64,000 nt of DNA from the IMG/VR virus record IMGVR_UViG_2681813318_000003; one strand, 5' to 3'. The notes under the pieces were generated by a model. The model made no database searches. It saw only the letters and a list, made by a program, of their open reading frames with translations, and was not told the origin of the DNA. Positions 10,568 through 20,900 of this stretch are shown here, piece by piece. This DNA is from a virus. Lineage: Duplodnaviria > Heunggongvirae > Uroviricota > Caudoviricetes. The position numbers were made by a program, and so were the translations under genes. The number at the start of each line of letters is the position of its first letter. The first letter of the stretch is position 1.

Positions 10568-11100
10568 TATGCTGTCAGCGGTGAAATGTATGCTATCAGC
10601 GGCTATTTTTCTGAAAAGTATGCTGTGAACGGTTAAAGATATGCTACCAGCGGTATAGTGAGATAAACGTATGCTGTGAGCGGTAAATCATCTATCACCA
10701 CTCAATGCTCTGGCATACCTCCCCAGTGGTTACTAACCTCGAAGAGTGCATTCCATATAGGTTTGCGCTCACTAACATTCTATTGCCGTTGCGCTGATTG
10801 CTTGTAGTGAAAGGCATTTATTGCCTGCTGCTCCCTGATAGAACGTATGCTGTCAGCGGTGTTTTATTGAGGAATTTTTGTTTGGATATGCTATCAGCGG
10901 TAATTAATGGTATATGTCAGACCTTCGTATGCTGCCAGCGGTAATTTTGTTCTGGTTATAACCATACCGGTACACATTATTCATGCAATGTCTTAAGTAT
11001 GCTGTCAGCGGTAAAAAATCGAGTAAAGTATGCTGTGAGCGGTGAGATAAACTCTCGATATGCTATCAGCGGTAATTGATTGTGTATGCTGTCAGCGGTG
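10568..11100 (+). repeat. downstream iteron array (about 12 direct repeats in two blocks), likely copy-control locus
   Basis: GTATGCT(G/A)(T/C)(C/G)AGCGGT copies at about 10568, 10588, 10618, 10640, 10669, then 10845, 10886, 10927, 10997, 11028, 11058, 11084; all same orientation; first copy abuts rep stop. Confidence 0.8.
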
Positions 11101-11146
11101 ACGACTATGAAATATGACTGCGGCACGTGCCGCAGTCAGTTTGCAT

Positions 11147-11359
11147 TTAGTGTATTTTCTTTAACAGACCCCAAAGTGTTCCGGCTTTTGTAGTCAGTTT
11201 TCCTGTTTCTGGATCGTACATACGCCATTCACGCCGCTGGTGGACGATATACCCATCTTCACGTTCCAGACGCTCAAGAATGCCAGGCTGCTTGAAACCC
11301 TTAGCACGCCAGTAGCCGCTTGTTTTCTCGATTTCCAGACCTGCCAGTGTTAATGCCAT
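11147..11359 (-). CDS. hypothetical protein
   Basis: 70 aa ORF abutting the next gene upstream. Confidence 0.45.
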   Translation of the reverse strand: MALTLAGLEIEKTSGYWRAKGFKQPGILERLEREDGYIVHQRREWRMYDPETGKLTTKAGTLWGLLKKIH

Positions 11360-11694
11360 TATCCAACCTCCTTGCAGTCATCGAAAAGGTAGCTTTGCTG
11401 AGAAGCGTGAACGCCATAGAAGCCCTTGTATTTGTTGTATACGAAGTGGTCTTCTCCGACGCCGGTTAATTTGCCATTACGGTTTGTGAGATATGGGGAT
11501 GACAATACTCGATCGTCACGCACTACATAGAACTGGTCGCCGCTGTCTACGACCATCGCGCCATATGGTGCTTTTATGACGTCGGTAAAAGCGCCATTCT
11601 TAATGTCGGCTACAGACATTTCACACTGATAAACAGTGGTGTCGGCCACAACGATCGAAGAAAGGAACAACAAAGCGAATGGGATGGCCTTCAT
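11359..11694 (-). CDS. hypothetical secreted protein
   Basis: 111 aa; N-terminal signal-peptide-like hydrophobic segment (MKAIPFALLFLSSIVVA). Confidence 0.55.
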   Translation of the reverse strand: MKAIPFALLFLSSIVVADTTVYQCEMSVADIKNGAFTDVIKAPYGAMVVDSGDQFYVVRDDRVLSSPYLTNRNGKLTGVGEDHFVYNKYKGFYGVHASQQSYLFDDCKEVG

Positions 11695-11870
11695 GCTGCC
11701 ACCTCTTTGATTACATCAAATGCTGAATTAAATACGAGCACGATAGCCAAAGCGTTTATGACTACTTCGTTCACCGGGGAAAATACTTTACGAATGACAC
11801 CAGTGAAAATGCAGTCGATGACAAAAGCTATTGACACGATGAGTAACAAGTATTCAATAAAAATCTTCAT
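11691..11870 (-). CDS. small hydrophobic membrane protein (59 aa)
   Basis: Manual translation MKIFIEYLLLIVSIAFVIDCIF...; stop overlaps the downstream start (ATGA coupling); below the track length cutoff. Confidence 0.4.
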   Translation of the reverse strand: MKIFIEYLLLIVSIAFVIDCIFTGVIRKVFSPVNEVVINALAIVLVFNSAFDVIKEVAA

Positions 11871-11909
11871 GATAGGTAGATACTAACTTATATAAATTTT
11901 ACTGTAAAC

Positions 11910-12185
11910 TCACTCAAAAGTGCTGATGCTTAAAATACGCTCAAGATGTGCGGCATCTTCATCACTGATTTGTTGAGTCTCTTCTACGTACCAACAGTTG
12001 CCGTTATGCCAACAAACACCATCATCATCAACCATCACTGAATCAGCGTCATGACCTGTATATTCAACGAGAATGTGCTGGATCAGCGCGTCAGTTTCTT
12101 CGTCGTTAAGGCCATCGGCTTTGACCATAAAAAGCGGAAACACGTCATAGACAGTGCTGGTAACGATTCGAACTAAAACTCTCAT
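11910..12185 (-). CDS. hypothetical acidic protein
   Basis: 91 aa, Asp/Glu-rich; conserved RBS-start motif at 12183-12205. Confidence 0.55.
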   Translation of the reverse strand: MRVLVRIVTSTVYDVFPLFMVKADGLNDEETDALIQHILVEYTGHDADSVMVDDDGVCWHNGNCWYVEETQQISDEDAAHLERILSISTFE

Positions 12186-12240
12186 GTGTTTTTCCTTTTG
12201 TGGTTAGTGTTTACTTATTTTGTTAGTTATGAATAGGCGA

Positions 12241-12666
12241 TCAATCTTCTTGTTTAGGGAAAAACTGTTCAATAACTCTGTCAACGGCTGTGTCTATATG
12301 GAGTAGATGCCACACAACCATATCTTTGCTTCCCATGCCTTGTGTGAATATCACGTCATACTTACGCCATGCGCAGTGGAACCAATATGCTGAGTCATCA
12401 ATTGGTAAATCCTCTCCCGCCTCTTTGAAGTATTTCAGCAGCATTGCCTGCTCTGCCGTTGGCGTTGGACCTATTTCCTGAGCGTACATACGGATGAATC
12501 GCTGCCAGTCTGTCTCGTCGGGGGTTGGATCTGGTGGGGTCATTTCTGCGATAGCGTTTCGTAGCTGATGCGCCCAATCAGGTTCAGGAAAGCCTTTTGC
12601 TACTTCATCATCAATAACATCCAGAGCCACGTTTGCGGCATCGTAGAGTTTCTTAATAGCTGTCAT
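12241..12666 (-). CDS. hypothetical acidic protein
   Basis: 141 aa; preceded by AAACAA-N-TTGTTT palindrome and AAGGA RBS. Confidence 0.55.
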   Translation of the reverse strand: MTAIKKLYDAANVALDVIDDEVAKGFPEPDWAHQLRNAIAEMTPPDPTPDETDWQRFIRMYAQEIGPTPTAEQAMLLKYFKEAGEDLPIDDSAYWFHCAWRKYDVIFTQGMGSKDMVVWHLLHIDTAVDRVIEQFFPKQED

Positions 12667-12715
12667 GTTTTCTTATCCTTTTAAACAAATTGTTTTCTTA
12701 ATAAGATAATTGCGA

Positions 12716-12741
12716 TAAAAAAGGCGTCCAACTGGACGCCT
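12716..12741 (-). terminator. rho-independent terminator (GGCGTCC/GGACGCC hairpin)
   Basis: Stem 12723-12729 / 12734-12740, loop AACT; T-run on the minus strand (A-run 12716-12722 on plus); follows stop of the SPFH gene. Confidence 0.7.
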
Positions 12742-12757
12742 GAACTTTTTAGGGGAG

Positions 12758-13588
12758 TTATTTCACTGTAATGAAAGGAGTGTTAGCCCCTTGAGTCATG
12801 TACTGCGGTAACTGGCCATTCCATTTATTGATGGCTTCCAGTTCCATAACGTTCGGGTTTTGACGCAGAGCTTCACCGCGCAGACGAATGGCGTCTGCTT
12901 CTGCTTGCGCACGAGCACGGATAGCATCAGCTTCACCATTAGCCTGTTCACGTAGCATATTCGCCTCAGCTTTACGTTGTTCAACTTCCTGCTGACGTTG
13001 CAGAGTACGCTGGTTAGCCGTTACTTTGGCGTTAATAGATTCAATGACAGTTTTTGGGTAATCAGGCTTTCCAACCCATGACAGGCTCAGTACCTCAATA
13101 CCAACCGGAGACATCTCTTTCTGAATATCTTTCAGTGCGTTGTCCAGCAATTGTGCCTTACCACCGTCGATAAATGAGTCAGTGGTCATACGGCTGGCCA
13201 AACGGTTTAGAGAGTCGGCAATTTTCTGACGCAGATCTGATTCGGTGATATCGTCTACGCCTTTGCGATAGGTCTGGAACACCGTCGTTACCTTGTCACG
13301 ATTAACCAGATACGCAACGCCAATTTTGTGACCAATAGCAGTACCGTCACTCATCTGGAATGTGAACGGCTCGTCGTAGGTCTTCATTTGTTTGAAGGTC
13401 GGGAATACGTAAAGTTCGGTGTTAAGACCTGTCCATTGGCGACCAACGCCAACCACTTCACCAATCCCTTTGTCTTCACCTAATTTGTTTACTTTGATGC
13501 CAACGTATCCAGGCTCCACGCGATCGCAGCCAGTAAGACCCATTGTGCAAATAGCCGCCAGAGCAACTGCAAGTAAACCTTTCTTCAT
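12758..13588 (-). CDS. SPFH/band-7 (prohibitin/HflC-like) domain lipoprotein
   Basis: 276 aa; lipobox LTGC after signal peptide; coiled-coil Ala/Glu/Arg-rich segment and C-terminal ...NVMELEAINKW... resembling HflK/HflC-type SPFH proteins (from memory). Confidence 0.55.
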   Translation of the reverse strand: MKKGLLAVALAAICTMGLTGCDRVEPGYVGIKVNKLGEDKGIGEVVGVGRQWTGLNTELYVFPTFKQMKTYDEPFTFQMSDGTAIGHKIGVAYLVNRDKVTTVFQTYRKGVDDITESDLRQKIADSLNRLASRMTTDSFIDGGKAQLLDNALKDIQKEMSPVGIEVLSLSWVGKPDYPKTVIESINAKVTANQRTLQRQQEVEQRKAEANMLREQANGEADAIRARAQAEADAIRLRGEALRQNPNVMELEAINKWNGQLPQYMTQGANTPFITVK

Positions 13589-13591
13589 TAC

Positions 13592-13792
13592 TTATTTCCC
13601 CTTTGCTTTGATTAATGAGTTGATAAACTTACGACCAGCAATAAGACCGATTACAGGAGCACCAAAACCAACGATAACTCCAAACATGACGGCTAAATCA
13701 CTCTTGGTAGAAATCAGCGACGGAACCAGTAAACCGTAGATGAGAGCCACTGAAAGGCCTGTGGCTACTGCCAATAGATAGATTTTGATCAT
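13592..13792 (-). CDS. small two-helix membrane protein
   Basis: 66 aa, two hydrophobic helices; immediately upstream of the SPFH gene (possible membrane partner); conserved RBS-start motif. Confidence 0.5.
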   Translation of the reverse strand: MIKIYLLAVATGLSVALIYGLLVPSLISTKSDLAVMFGVIVGFGAPVIGLIAGRKFINSLIKAKGK

Positions 13793-13855
13793 GTGTTTTC
13801 CTATGTGGTTGTTATGCGAAAATAATAAGTAAGTACTTATATATTTTCAAGAGAT

Positions 13856-13878
13856 AAAAAAGGCGTCCTGTGGACGCC
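13856..13878 (-). terminator. rho-independent terminator (GGCGTCC TGT GGACGCC)
   Basis: Perfect 7 bp stem 13862-13868 / 13872-13878 with T-run on the minus strand; directly after the RecA-like gene stop. Confidence 0.7.
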
Positions 13879-13884
13879 TTGTGT

Positions 13885-14958
13885 TTACTCTTCTACTGAC
13901 TCGGTGGGGTTGTCTTTTGCTCTTCGGTCGTCGATTGCCTGCAAAGCCGCAATGATTTCAGCCAGTGGCTTCTCCCGATACATCTCGACGATCTGCGATT
14001 TGGTGTATTTCTTGTCACCAATTTCAACTCGCCCGCTGGCGTTCTTTGGCAGGTATCCTTCTTCCAGCATGTACTCGACGAGCGATTCGATAACGTCGAG
14101 GCCACGAGTAGGATCGAAGTAGAATTTCCAGGTGCATTTGCCATACGGTGGTGCAACTTTGTTTTTGATGCATTCTGCGCCTACGTCCTGGCCGATCTTC
14201 TCTTTACCATCCTTCATTACCGATGCACCAAGACGGATACGTACAGAAGCGTAGAACTTCGGTGAATCTCCACCTGGCGACGTAGTAGGGTCGCCAAACA
14301 TTACACCGATTTTTGTGCGAACCTGATTCAAGAAGATGATGCAGGCGTTGTATTTGCGTGCCCACAAAGCCAGAGTAGGGAAGTTCGCACTTGTCGCACG
14401 AGCCAGTGCCGTATTGTCGTTCATGTTTAGCTGATCTTTGTCTTTGGCAGTGCCTTCAGCCATCTTTTCGAACTTCTCGGCTTTGGTGTTCGGAACCATA
14501 GACGCAAGTGAGTCAGCCACGATACAGATAGGTGCTGATTCAGGGATAAGCTCTTCATCACGTACCAATTTAAGTATTGTGCCGATCAACTCTACAGAGT
14601 CTTCGAAGGTGTCAGGCTGCTTGTATACCCACTGACCGTCATCCTCATCTGCGTTCAGGCCATTGGCTACAGCCAGGCCAACGTCAAAACTGTTTTCATG
14701 ATCGAGGAATACCGCCAGACCATCTTGTTTTTGAGCGGAGATCATCGCTGCTGTCGCAAGGAACGTTTTCCCTGCACTTGGAGGACCGAATACTTCGACG
14801 ATACGACCACATGGGAAGCCGCCATCGTAACGACCGGAAATAGCTTTGTTTAACGGTGGAAAGCCTGTATCAATCCAATGAGTTACTTTCTGAATTTCGT
14901 CGTTGCTACCGATTTTCTTTTTCAGAGCAAGTGCCAGTGCGGATTTTCCTTTTGCCAT
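13885..14958 (-). CDS. RecA/UvsX-family recombinase
   Basis: 357 aa; GRIVEVFGPPSAGKT Walker A and IIFLNQVRTKIGVMFGDPTTSPGGDSPKFYASVRIRLG, colinear with the E. coli RecA core. Confidence 0.88.
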   Translation of the reverse strand: MAKGKSALALALKKKIGSNDEIQKVTHWIDTGFPPLNKAISGRYDGGFPCGRIVEVFGPPSAGKTFLATAAMISAQKQDGLAVFLDHENSFDVGLAVANGLNADEDDGQWVYKQPDTFEDSVELIGTILKLVRDEELIPESAPICIVADSLASMVPNTKAEKFEKMAEGTAKDKDQLNMNDNTALARATSANFPTLALWARKYNACIIFLNQVRTKIGVMFGDPTTSPGGDSPKFYASVRIRLGASVMKDGKEKIGQDVGAECIKNKVAPPYGKCTWKFYFDPTRGLDVIESLVEYMLEEGYLPKNASGRVEIGDKKYTKSQIVEMYREKPLAEIIAALQAIDDRRAKDNPTESVEE

Positions 14959-14960
14959 GA

Positions 14961-15233
14961 TCAGGCTCCTTTTGTTTCGTTGATTCGTTTTAAAGCGGCG
15001 GATTCGTCGAATACAATCGCATCGTGATTAAGGAGTCTGGATACACGAGCGAGGATTTTTACGACCTGCTCGCTGACTAATCCAAACTCGCGATCTGTCG
15101 CTTTCATTCCGGCAGCGCCCAGAATTGACGGCAGTGCGATGACAGCGTACTCACCGTGATAAAAGACAATCTCTTTTGCCAGTTGGGTGGGGGTGGTTGT
15201 AGCGCCATTAATAATCGATTTAAGCATTAGCAA
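14961..15233 (-). CDS. hypothetical protein
   Basis: 90 aa ORF tightly packed between recombinase and flap endonuclease genes. Confidence 0.5.
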   Translation of the reverse strand: MLMLKSIINGATTTPTQLAKEIVFYHGEYAVIALPSILGAAGMKATDREFGLVSEQVVKILARVSRLLNHDAIVFDESAALKRINETKGA

Positions 15234-16171
15234 TACCTTTCGAATGGAAGAACAAACACTTCAAGGTCTTCAAGGAACGAACGGAAATTCAGCTCGTAGC
15301 ACAGTTGCTCGAATGCTTTCACGTCACGATTGCCTTTGATTGTTTCGATTTCGGTAGGCGGAAACTTCGTCTCAATCAGGTTCATTAGCGTGATGTTTCT
15401 CTTGAACGCTTCGAGCATTCGACAGCCTGTTTTCTCGTTGAAGGCATTCTTCGCTAGTTTGTTGAAGGCGGTCTTATGGCGTCCTTTGTCAACCACGATT
15501 GAGCCGTCGTTGATGCCGCGTACCATCGTTGCGACACTTCCCCATTCATGCAGCAGCTCTTTCGCACCGCCAGCACCAATGCCACCAACACCGCTAATGT
15601 TGTCCGATTTATCGCCTTGTAATGCTTTTGCTTCCAAAAATGCGCGAGGAGTAGCGAATCCTGTCAGCTCCGCAAATTGCTCAAAATTAACCTGCTTGTT
15701 TTTGGCGTCTTCGCGCAGGCTTACCCAGCTTACGTTTTCGCGAACTAACTGAAGCCAGTCGCTATCGCCTGTTAACAGATAGATGTGTTCAACGGTTGGC
15801 TGCGCTGCCATGCGGGATACCAGCAGCCCGGCCAGATCATCCGCTTCTGCATCTTTTGCAATGAGTTGGGTAACTCCAAGCGCGGTCATCATTTTGAGGA
15901 TGTATGGCTTCTGGATAGCAAAGCCTTCCTTCATCTTTTTCATATCAGGATCGTCGTCGCGATTTGCTTTGTAGTCCGGGTAAAAGTCGCGACGCTTGTC
16001 ACTAAATCCATCCCAAAGAATCATAGGTCGGGCATGGAGGATGGAGGCATAACGACGGACGTTCTTAACAAAGCCGAAAGCAGCCTGTACTTCCATTTCG
16101 CCGTTGTGCAATTTGTCAGATTGTTGGTGGTAATAACCCAGGCTATTGCCATCTACGAAGAGATAATTCAC
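15227..16171 (-). CDS. 5'-3' exonuclease / flap endonuclease (FEN, RNase H-like)
   Basis: H3TH-like motif QGDKSDNISGVGGIGAGGAKELL and acidic clusters. Start moved to GTG at 16169-16171 (VNYLFVDGNSLG..., GGAAGGAA RBS) because the track start at 16222 would place a terminator hairpin inside the ORF. Confidence 0.8.
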   Translation of the reverse strand: MNYLFVDGNSLGYYHQQSDKLHNGEMEVQAAFGFVKNVRRYASILHARPMILWDGFSDKRRDFYPDYKANRDDDPDMKKMKEGFAIQKPYILKMMTALGVTQLIAKDAEADDLAGLLVSRMAAQPTVEHIYLLTGDSDWLQLVRENVSWVSLREDAKNKQVNFEQFAELTGFATPRAFLEAKALQGDKSDNISGVGGIGAGGAKELLHEWGSVATMVRGINDGSIVVDKGRHKTAFNKLAKNAFNEKTGCRMLEAFKRNITLMNLIETKFPPTEIETIKGNRDVKAFEQLCYELNFRSFLEDLEVFVLPFERYC

Positions 16172-16186
16172 CGGTACATTCCTTCC

Positions 16187-16215
16187 AAAAAGTAAGGCGT
16201 CCGTAGACGCCTTAC
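16187..16215 (-). terminator. rho-independent terminator (10 bp stem GTAAGGCGTC/GACGCCTTAC)
   Basis: Stem 16192-16201 / 16206-16215, loop CGTA, T5 run on the minus strand; directly downstream of the SSB stop. Confidence 0.7.
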
Positions 16216-16231
16216 TGGTCACGTAATGGGA

Positions 16232-17260
16232 TTACAGAGAGTCCAGCTCTCTCAGTAGGTCATCCAGACCTTCATCTTCCGTCGCAGATGCGGTTGCTAC
16301 AGATGTCGCTGCGACTGCTTCAGACTCTTTGACTGATACGGCAACGGCAGCGGAACTTGCCTCTGGTTTAAATTCAGTTTCAACGGCACGGAGGATTTCT
16401 TCATCAACCAGACTGGTTGGTTCAGAAGCCGGTGTGTGCGCGGTTGCTACAGCCGTCGCTCCTTCTGTATGACCAGTGACAGAGCCAAATCCAGGTAGTG
16501 CCGCAGCCGATGTTTTCGCGGTTGAGGAAATTGCTGGTGCAGATGCTGCGGCAGTTGGTGCAGCGATGCCAATCAGACGACCCATAGTGCGAACTGTCGA
16601 CAGAAGACGAGTTTCATCAGCCTGATTTGCGTATGCGATCAGATCATGCTGAGTGTTCCAGAATTTATCTTCGATATCGCCTTTGTAGACTTTACGCTTA
16701 GGCGAGACGTCATATTTGGTATCGCGACCAGAGCCAGTACGTTTAATCAGGAATGCGTAGCCTTCCTCTTTGCTCAGTGGATTGCCGATATCATCAGCGA
16801 TGTCTTCGGTGATTGCTTTGCAGATATCATCGAATACAGTAGACGGCAGCTCGATTAACTGGCATTTCTCAGCATCTGCGAAATCCTCACGAGCAGAAAG
16901 AATGCCGTTGACCAGGTAGCGAGGAGTGGCACGCATTTGACCGATGCGTTCTTCCATTGCTTTGTTACCCTTGTGACGAGCGCGACCTTCCATCACCATT
17001 TCGCATAGCTGACAAGCGCGACCGTGAGTATGTTGCTCACAAATATAAGCGTTGGTTGCTTCTTTACCTTCCTCGTTCTGATACTTAACGTAGTGCATAC
17101 CGAAAGTCTGGAAGAACTTACCGTTTGGGTCGTCTTTATTCGGGAAGATGCGGATATAGTTGACGCCGTCTTTTAAGCGAGTCAGATCAACGTTGTTACC
17201 ACGTTTGGCGGCAATGTCTTCACGAGTTTTGTTAAGCAAATCAAGTAATGTCTTAGACAT
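16232..17260 (-). CDS. single-stranded DNA-binding protein (T4 gp32-like)
   Basis: 342 aa; N-terminal GVNYIRIFPNKDDPNG and CEQHTHGRACQLC zinc-site region resemble gp32 (from memory); Ala/Ser-rich linker and acidic C-terminal tail DEGLDDLLRELDSL. Confidence 0.65.
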   Translation of the reverse strand: MSKTLLDLLNKTREDIAAKRGNNVDLTRLKDGVNYIRIFPNKDDPNGKFFQTFGMHYVKYQNEEGKEATNAYICEQHTHGRACQLCEMVMEGRARHKGNKAMEERIGQMRATPRYLVNGILSAREDFADAEKCQLIELPSTVFDDICKAITEDIADDIGNPLSKEEGYAFLIKRTGSGRDTKYDVSPKRKVYKGDIEDKFWNTQHDLIAYANQADETRLLSTVRTMGRLIGIAAPTAAASAPAISSTAKTSAAALPGFGSVTGHTEGATAVATAHTPASEPTSLVDEEILRAVETEFKPEASSAAVAVSVKESEAVAATSVATASATEDEGLDDLLRELDSL

Positions 17261-17377
17261 GTGTTTCTCCTTGTTGTGATTTGGCCGATGGCGCTATGCG
17301 CGTTGGGCTTTCGTTCATTCGTGGCTCTTTCGAGCTGTTAAATGATAGATCAGTACTTACTTATTATCTATCAAAAA

Positions 17378-17833
17378 TCAACGGGGAGTAATAAAGCGTT
17401 CAGAGCCTAATCGCTCTAATTCAACGATGGCCATCTTTGACGCCTGAACGATCATGTCTCGGCGATGCGAAAAGGCGGCGACAGCATGTTTGTATATGTC
17501 TGCGATGTGCCGTGCTTCATCCAACTTCTGCCGTTTAGACAGATACTGTGGGTTTGTTTTAACCTTAGCGTCCAGTACAGATTCGTTGAACTTAATGCCG
17601 TTCATACTCAAGTTCTTACGCTCTGTGTCGTATAGCTTTGCTTCAACAGCTTCAAGGTTAAGTTTTGCTTCTGCGACACTTCTTTCTGCATGGGCGAGTT
17701 TTGAGCCATATTCCATCAACAGGCGGGGTTGTCTACGCCAGACTTCTTCCAGATTGTCTCGGTCAAACTCGAGATCAGACATTATTTTCTCGTAAATATC
17801 GGCGATCATGCACATTTCCTTATCACTTATCAT
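17378..17833 (-). CDS. hypothetical protein (possible UvsY-like recombination mediator)
   Basis: 151 aa helical protein next to SSB and recombinase; assignment is positional only. Confidence 0.45.
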   Translation of the reverse strand: MISDKEMCMIADIYEKIMSDLEFDRDNLEEVWRRQPRLLMEYGSKLAHAERSVAEAKLNLEAVEAKLYDTERKNLSMNGIKFNESVLDAKVKTNPQYLSKRQKLDEARHIADIYKHAVAAFSHRRDMIVQASKMAIVELERLGSERFITPR

Positions 17834-17936
17834 TTTGTATTGATTATATCATTGTAATGATGAGGCAATGAGCTTGAAGATAGGGGGGGGTGAGGGGATA
17901 AGGGAAAACATGGCCTTTATGGCCATGTTTATTGGA

Positions 17937-20900
17937 TCACGTCTTAATAGTTTCTGCTACGTCGGCTAATATCGCTTCTAGTCGTTCTCCCTCTTCAGGT
18001 CTGAAGTAAAGAATGTTGGGGTTAAACCCGTAAAAGACAGTAACGTCAAGGTCTGGAAGATACTCCTTCCTGCCGACCAAATCGGATGGCTTGTTTTTGT
18101 TGTTAAACAATGCCGTTGCCCGGCTGCCACACGTCAGCACATAGGTCGGACGCACCAGATTGATCTCTTCACGTATAAAGTCGGTGAACTGGCCGATCTC
18201 GTCTTTGGTGTAGTCTTTTTCTTTGTCTTTAACCTTCTTGCAAACGCCTGTGACATAGAGATCGCCCATTCGTAAATCTCCAGCCGTCAATAGCTTGGCC
18301 TTAAAGTCGTCGTATCCGTTCTCCATAAAGTAACCGGTTCGAGCATCATTGCCGTTCGCATTGTCCAGAATGATCATGATTTTCGGCTTAATACCAATGC
18401 TGGGGCGGATTAGTTCATCACCTAAGCCCATTTCAGCCGCCATCCGCGTCATGAGTACGTTAATTTCAGCCGAACGTTTGGGGTTCATCTCAAACGGACG
18501 TGAGGCTTTAACTGCGTCTATGACAAGATTTCCCATCAATTCAGCCTGGTCGCGTAGGCGCTCTGGAGCAGTTGCTGGCAGACTACCTGGCTCGATGGAT
18601 GCAAACGCCCCTACTTTTTGCAGCGATTCGCGCACTCGACTATTACAGGCACGTTTCTCGACAGCTTCTTCGAATTGCGCCAGTGACTCGAATTTGCCGC
18701 CAACTTTTTCTCGCGCTCTCATGATGGCTTGGCAGCCATTCTCAGAACACCCCTTCACAGCAGAGAATGGCGCATACAGCACCTGGCTGCCATCTTCAAG
18801 CGTGCGGATCTCGATTCGGTTAGATGACACGTTAACGTCTGGTGGCAATACGCGAATGCCATAGGTCAGCGCATCTTTAACCAGCCCCTGGTGTTTATCT
18901 TCGCCAAGAATAGTGAGAGCAGCAGCGAAAAACTCTGCGGGATAATGAGTTTTCAACCACATAGATTGATAACTGATTAAGGAGTAAGCAACAGAGTGTG
19001 ATTTGTTGAACTGGTAGGCACCATTTTTTTCGAATGCGGTCCAGATCTCCTTCGCTTTCATCTCTGATAGCCCTGGATGTGACGCTGTAACGCGTACTGC
19101 GTTTATAGGTAGTTTTGCGCCGTGCTCAAGTGCCTCTTCGACAGTTTTCAGAGTTCCGTCTTCGCATTTAAAATGTTCCGCACGGTGAATGCGCTGTGTA
19201 GTGCCATCTTCCAGCTCAACGTCTATCCAGCCAGCTTGAGCCTGAACGATGAACTTCTCGCCCATGCTCTTCATTTTTTCCATGTTCTTCTTACCGATTG
19301 CGGAACGCACAGCGTCAGCTTCAGCCATTGTGAAGCCGGCAAGCAATCGAGTCGCGTTCATCGTCTGTTCCTGATAGAGAATCACGCCATTTGTTTCCGC
19401 GGTAAGTTCATCAAGAACGGGGTGTAATGATTCCGGCGTCATAAAGCCTTTGGCGACAGAAACATAGTCATCCAACATGCCTGATTGAATTGGCCCTGGC
19501 CGGAAGAGCGCAGTCGTAGCGACGACCGTTTTAAAGCTCATTGGCTCAATTCCACCACCTAAATCTTTAAGCAGCTTGCGCATTGGGCCTGATTCAAGCT
19601 GGAAAACACCTTGAGTATACCCAGCAGCAAAACCATCCAGCACCTTGCGATCTTCAAGAGAAATGGCATCAAGATTGATATCTTCACCTGTGTTCTCTTT
19701 TATGTAGCGTTTTGCACTATCGAGCAAATCGAGAGTTGCCAGGCCAAGCACGTCCAGCTTAATTAGGCCCATAGCCTCGCAGTAACGCTTGTCAAATGCG
19801 ATACAACGCGCGTCACCACGGCGCTCAACCGGTGTACGTTCTGTCAGAGGAACACCTGCTACGATCATCCCTGCCGCATGTCTACCAAAGCCACGCATAA
19901 GGCTTTGTAACTTGCAGGCTGCATTGAATGCATCAGGATATTTTGTTGCGTATTTGTCGAGACTTGCCAGTTGTTCGCGCAGCTCTTCCAATGGAAGGCT
20001 ATCATCCTCGACGTTCTTCAGTTCTTTTGATACCGCCATATCTGCGGACTCCACACCATAAATACGAGCGGTATCACGTAGTGCAGAGGCTGCGCCCAGG
20101 TAGGTGAAGTTCGGAATGCCTGCAACGTAATCTTCGCCGTAGCGTTCATTCAGATACTCGATCACTTCATGGCGACGTGCCTGGCTGAAGTCCAAATCCG
20201 CATCCGGCAAGTCGAGACGCTCAGGGTTGATGAAACGTTCAAACAGAAGACCGTGACGGATTGGGTCGACGTTGGTTATGCCTATGCACCATGCCACCAG
20301 AGATCCAGCGGAGGAACCACGACCAGGCCCGACAGGAATGCCAGTTTCACGGCTGTGATTCATCAGATCGCGTACCATCAGGAAGTAACCACAAAATCCC
20401 AGGCGAGTCAGCGTGTCCATTTCGTACTTTAGCCGCTCAACATAAACCCTGTTCTCAGAAGCAGGTGGTGTGTAGCCAAACTCTTTTGTGGTAAGACGTT
20501 TACGCAGCCCTGCAACAGCCAGTTTCATAAGCGTTGCAGGCTCGTCGTCTGCCATCTTTGGCAGTGCTGGCGGCAATTCATGCCAGCGCCATGTGCAGGC
20601 ATCGATAATGGTATCCTGCGTTGTTGAGGCCATTGCAGCTGTTACCGGCACATCCATGCGAACGGAGAAGGCTTTAAGCGCCTCAAGGAGATGGCGGCGA
20701 CCATTGACGGCGTTATCTCGCTGGTGGGGGATACGCAGACGATGCGGCTGGTCGATTTTGATGTTGTTCGTAACCATGTGCGCAATGTCTTTAATGTCTG
20801 CATCGTCGATCGATTCGTAATAAGCGGGATAGAACGCCACTGGCTCTATTTTCAATGCGCTGGCGACTTTCATCGCCCGGACGTTAATCTGGTCGTAGAA

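Noticed and set aside
9351-11100. Possible CRISPR array (many short direct repeats)
   Set aside because: Repeats are 16-19 bp with irregular, mostly very short spacing, all flank a rep gene and sit next to DnaA boxes and GATC repeats; this is an iteron replicon, not a CRISPR array.
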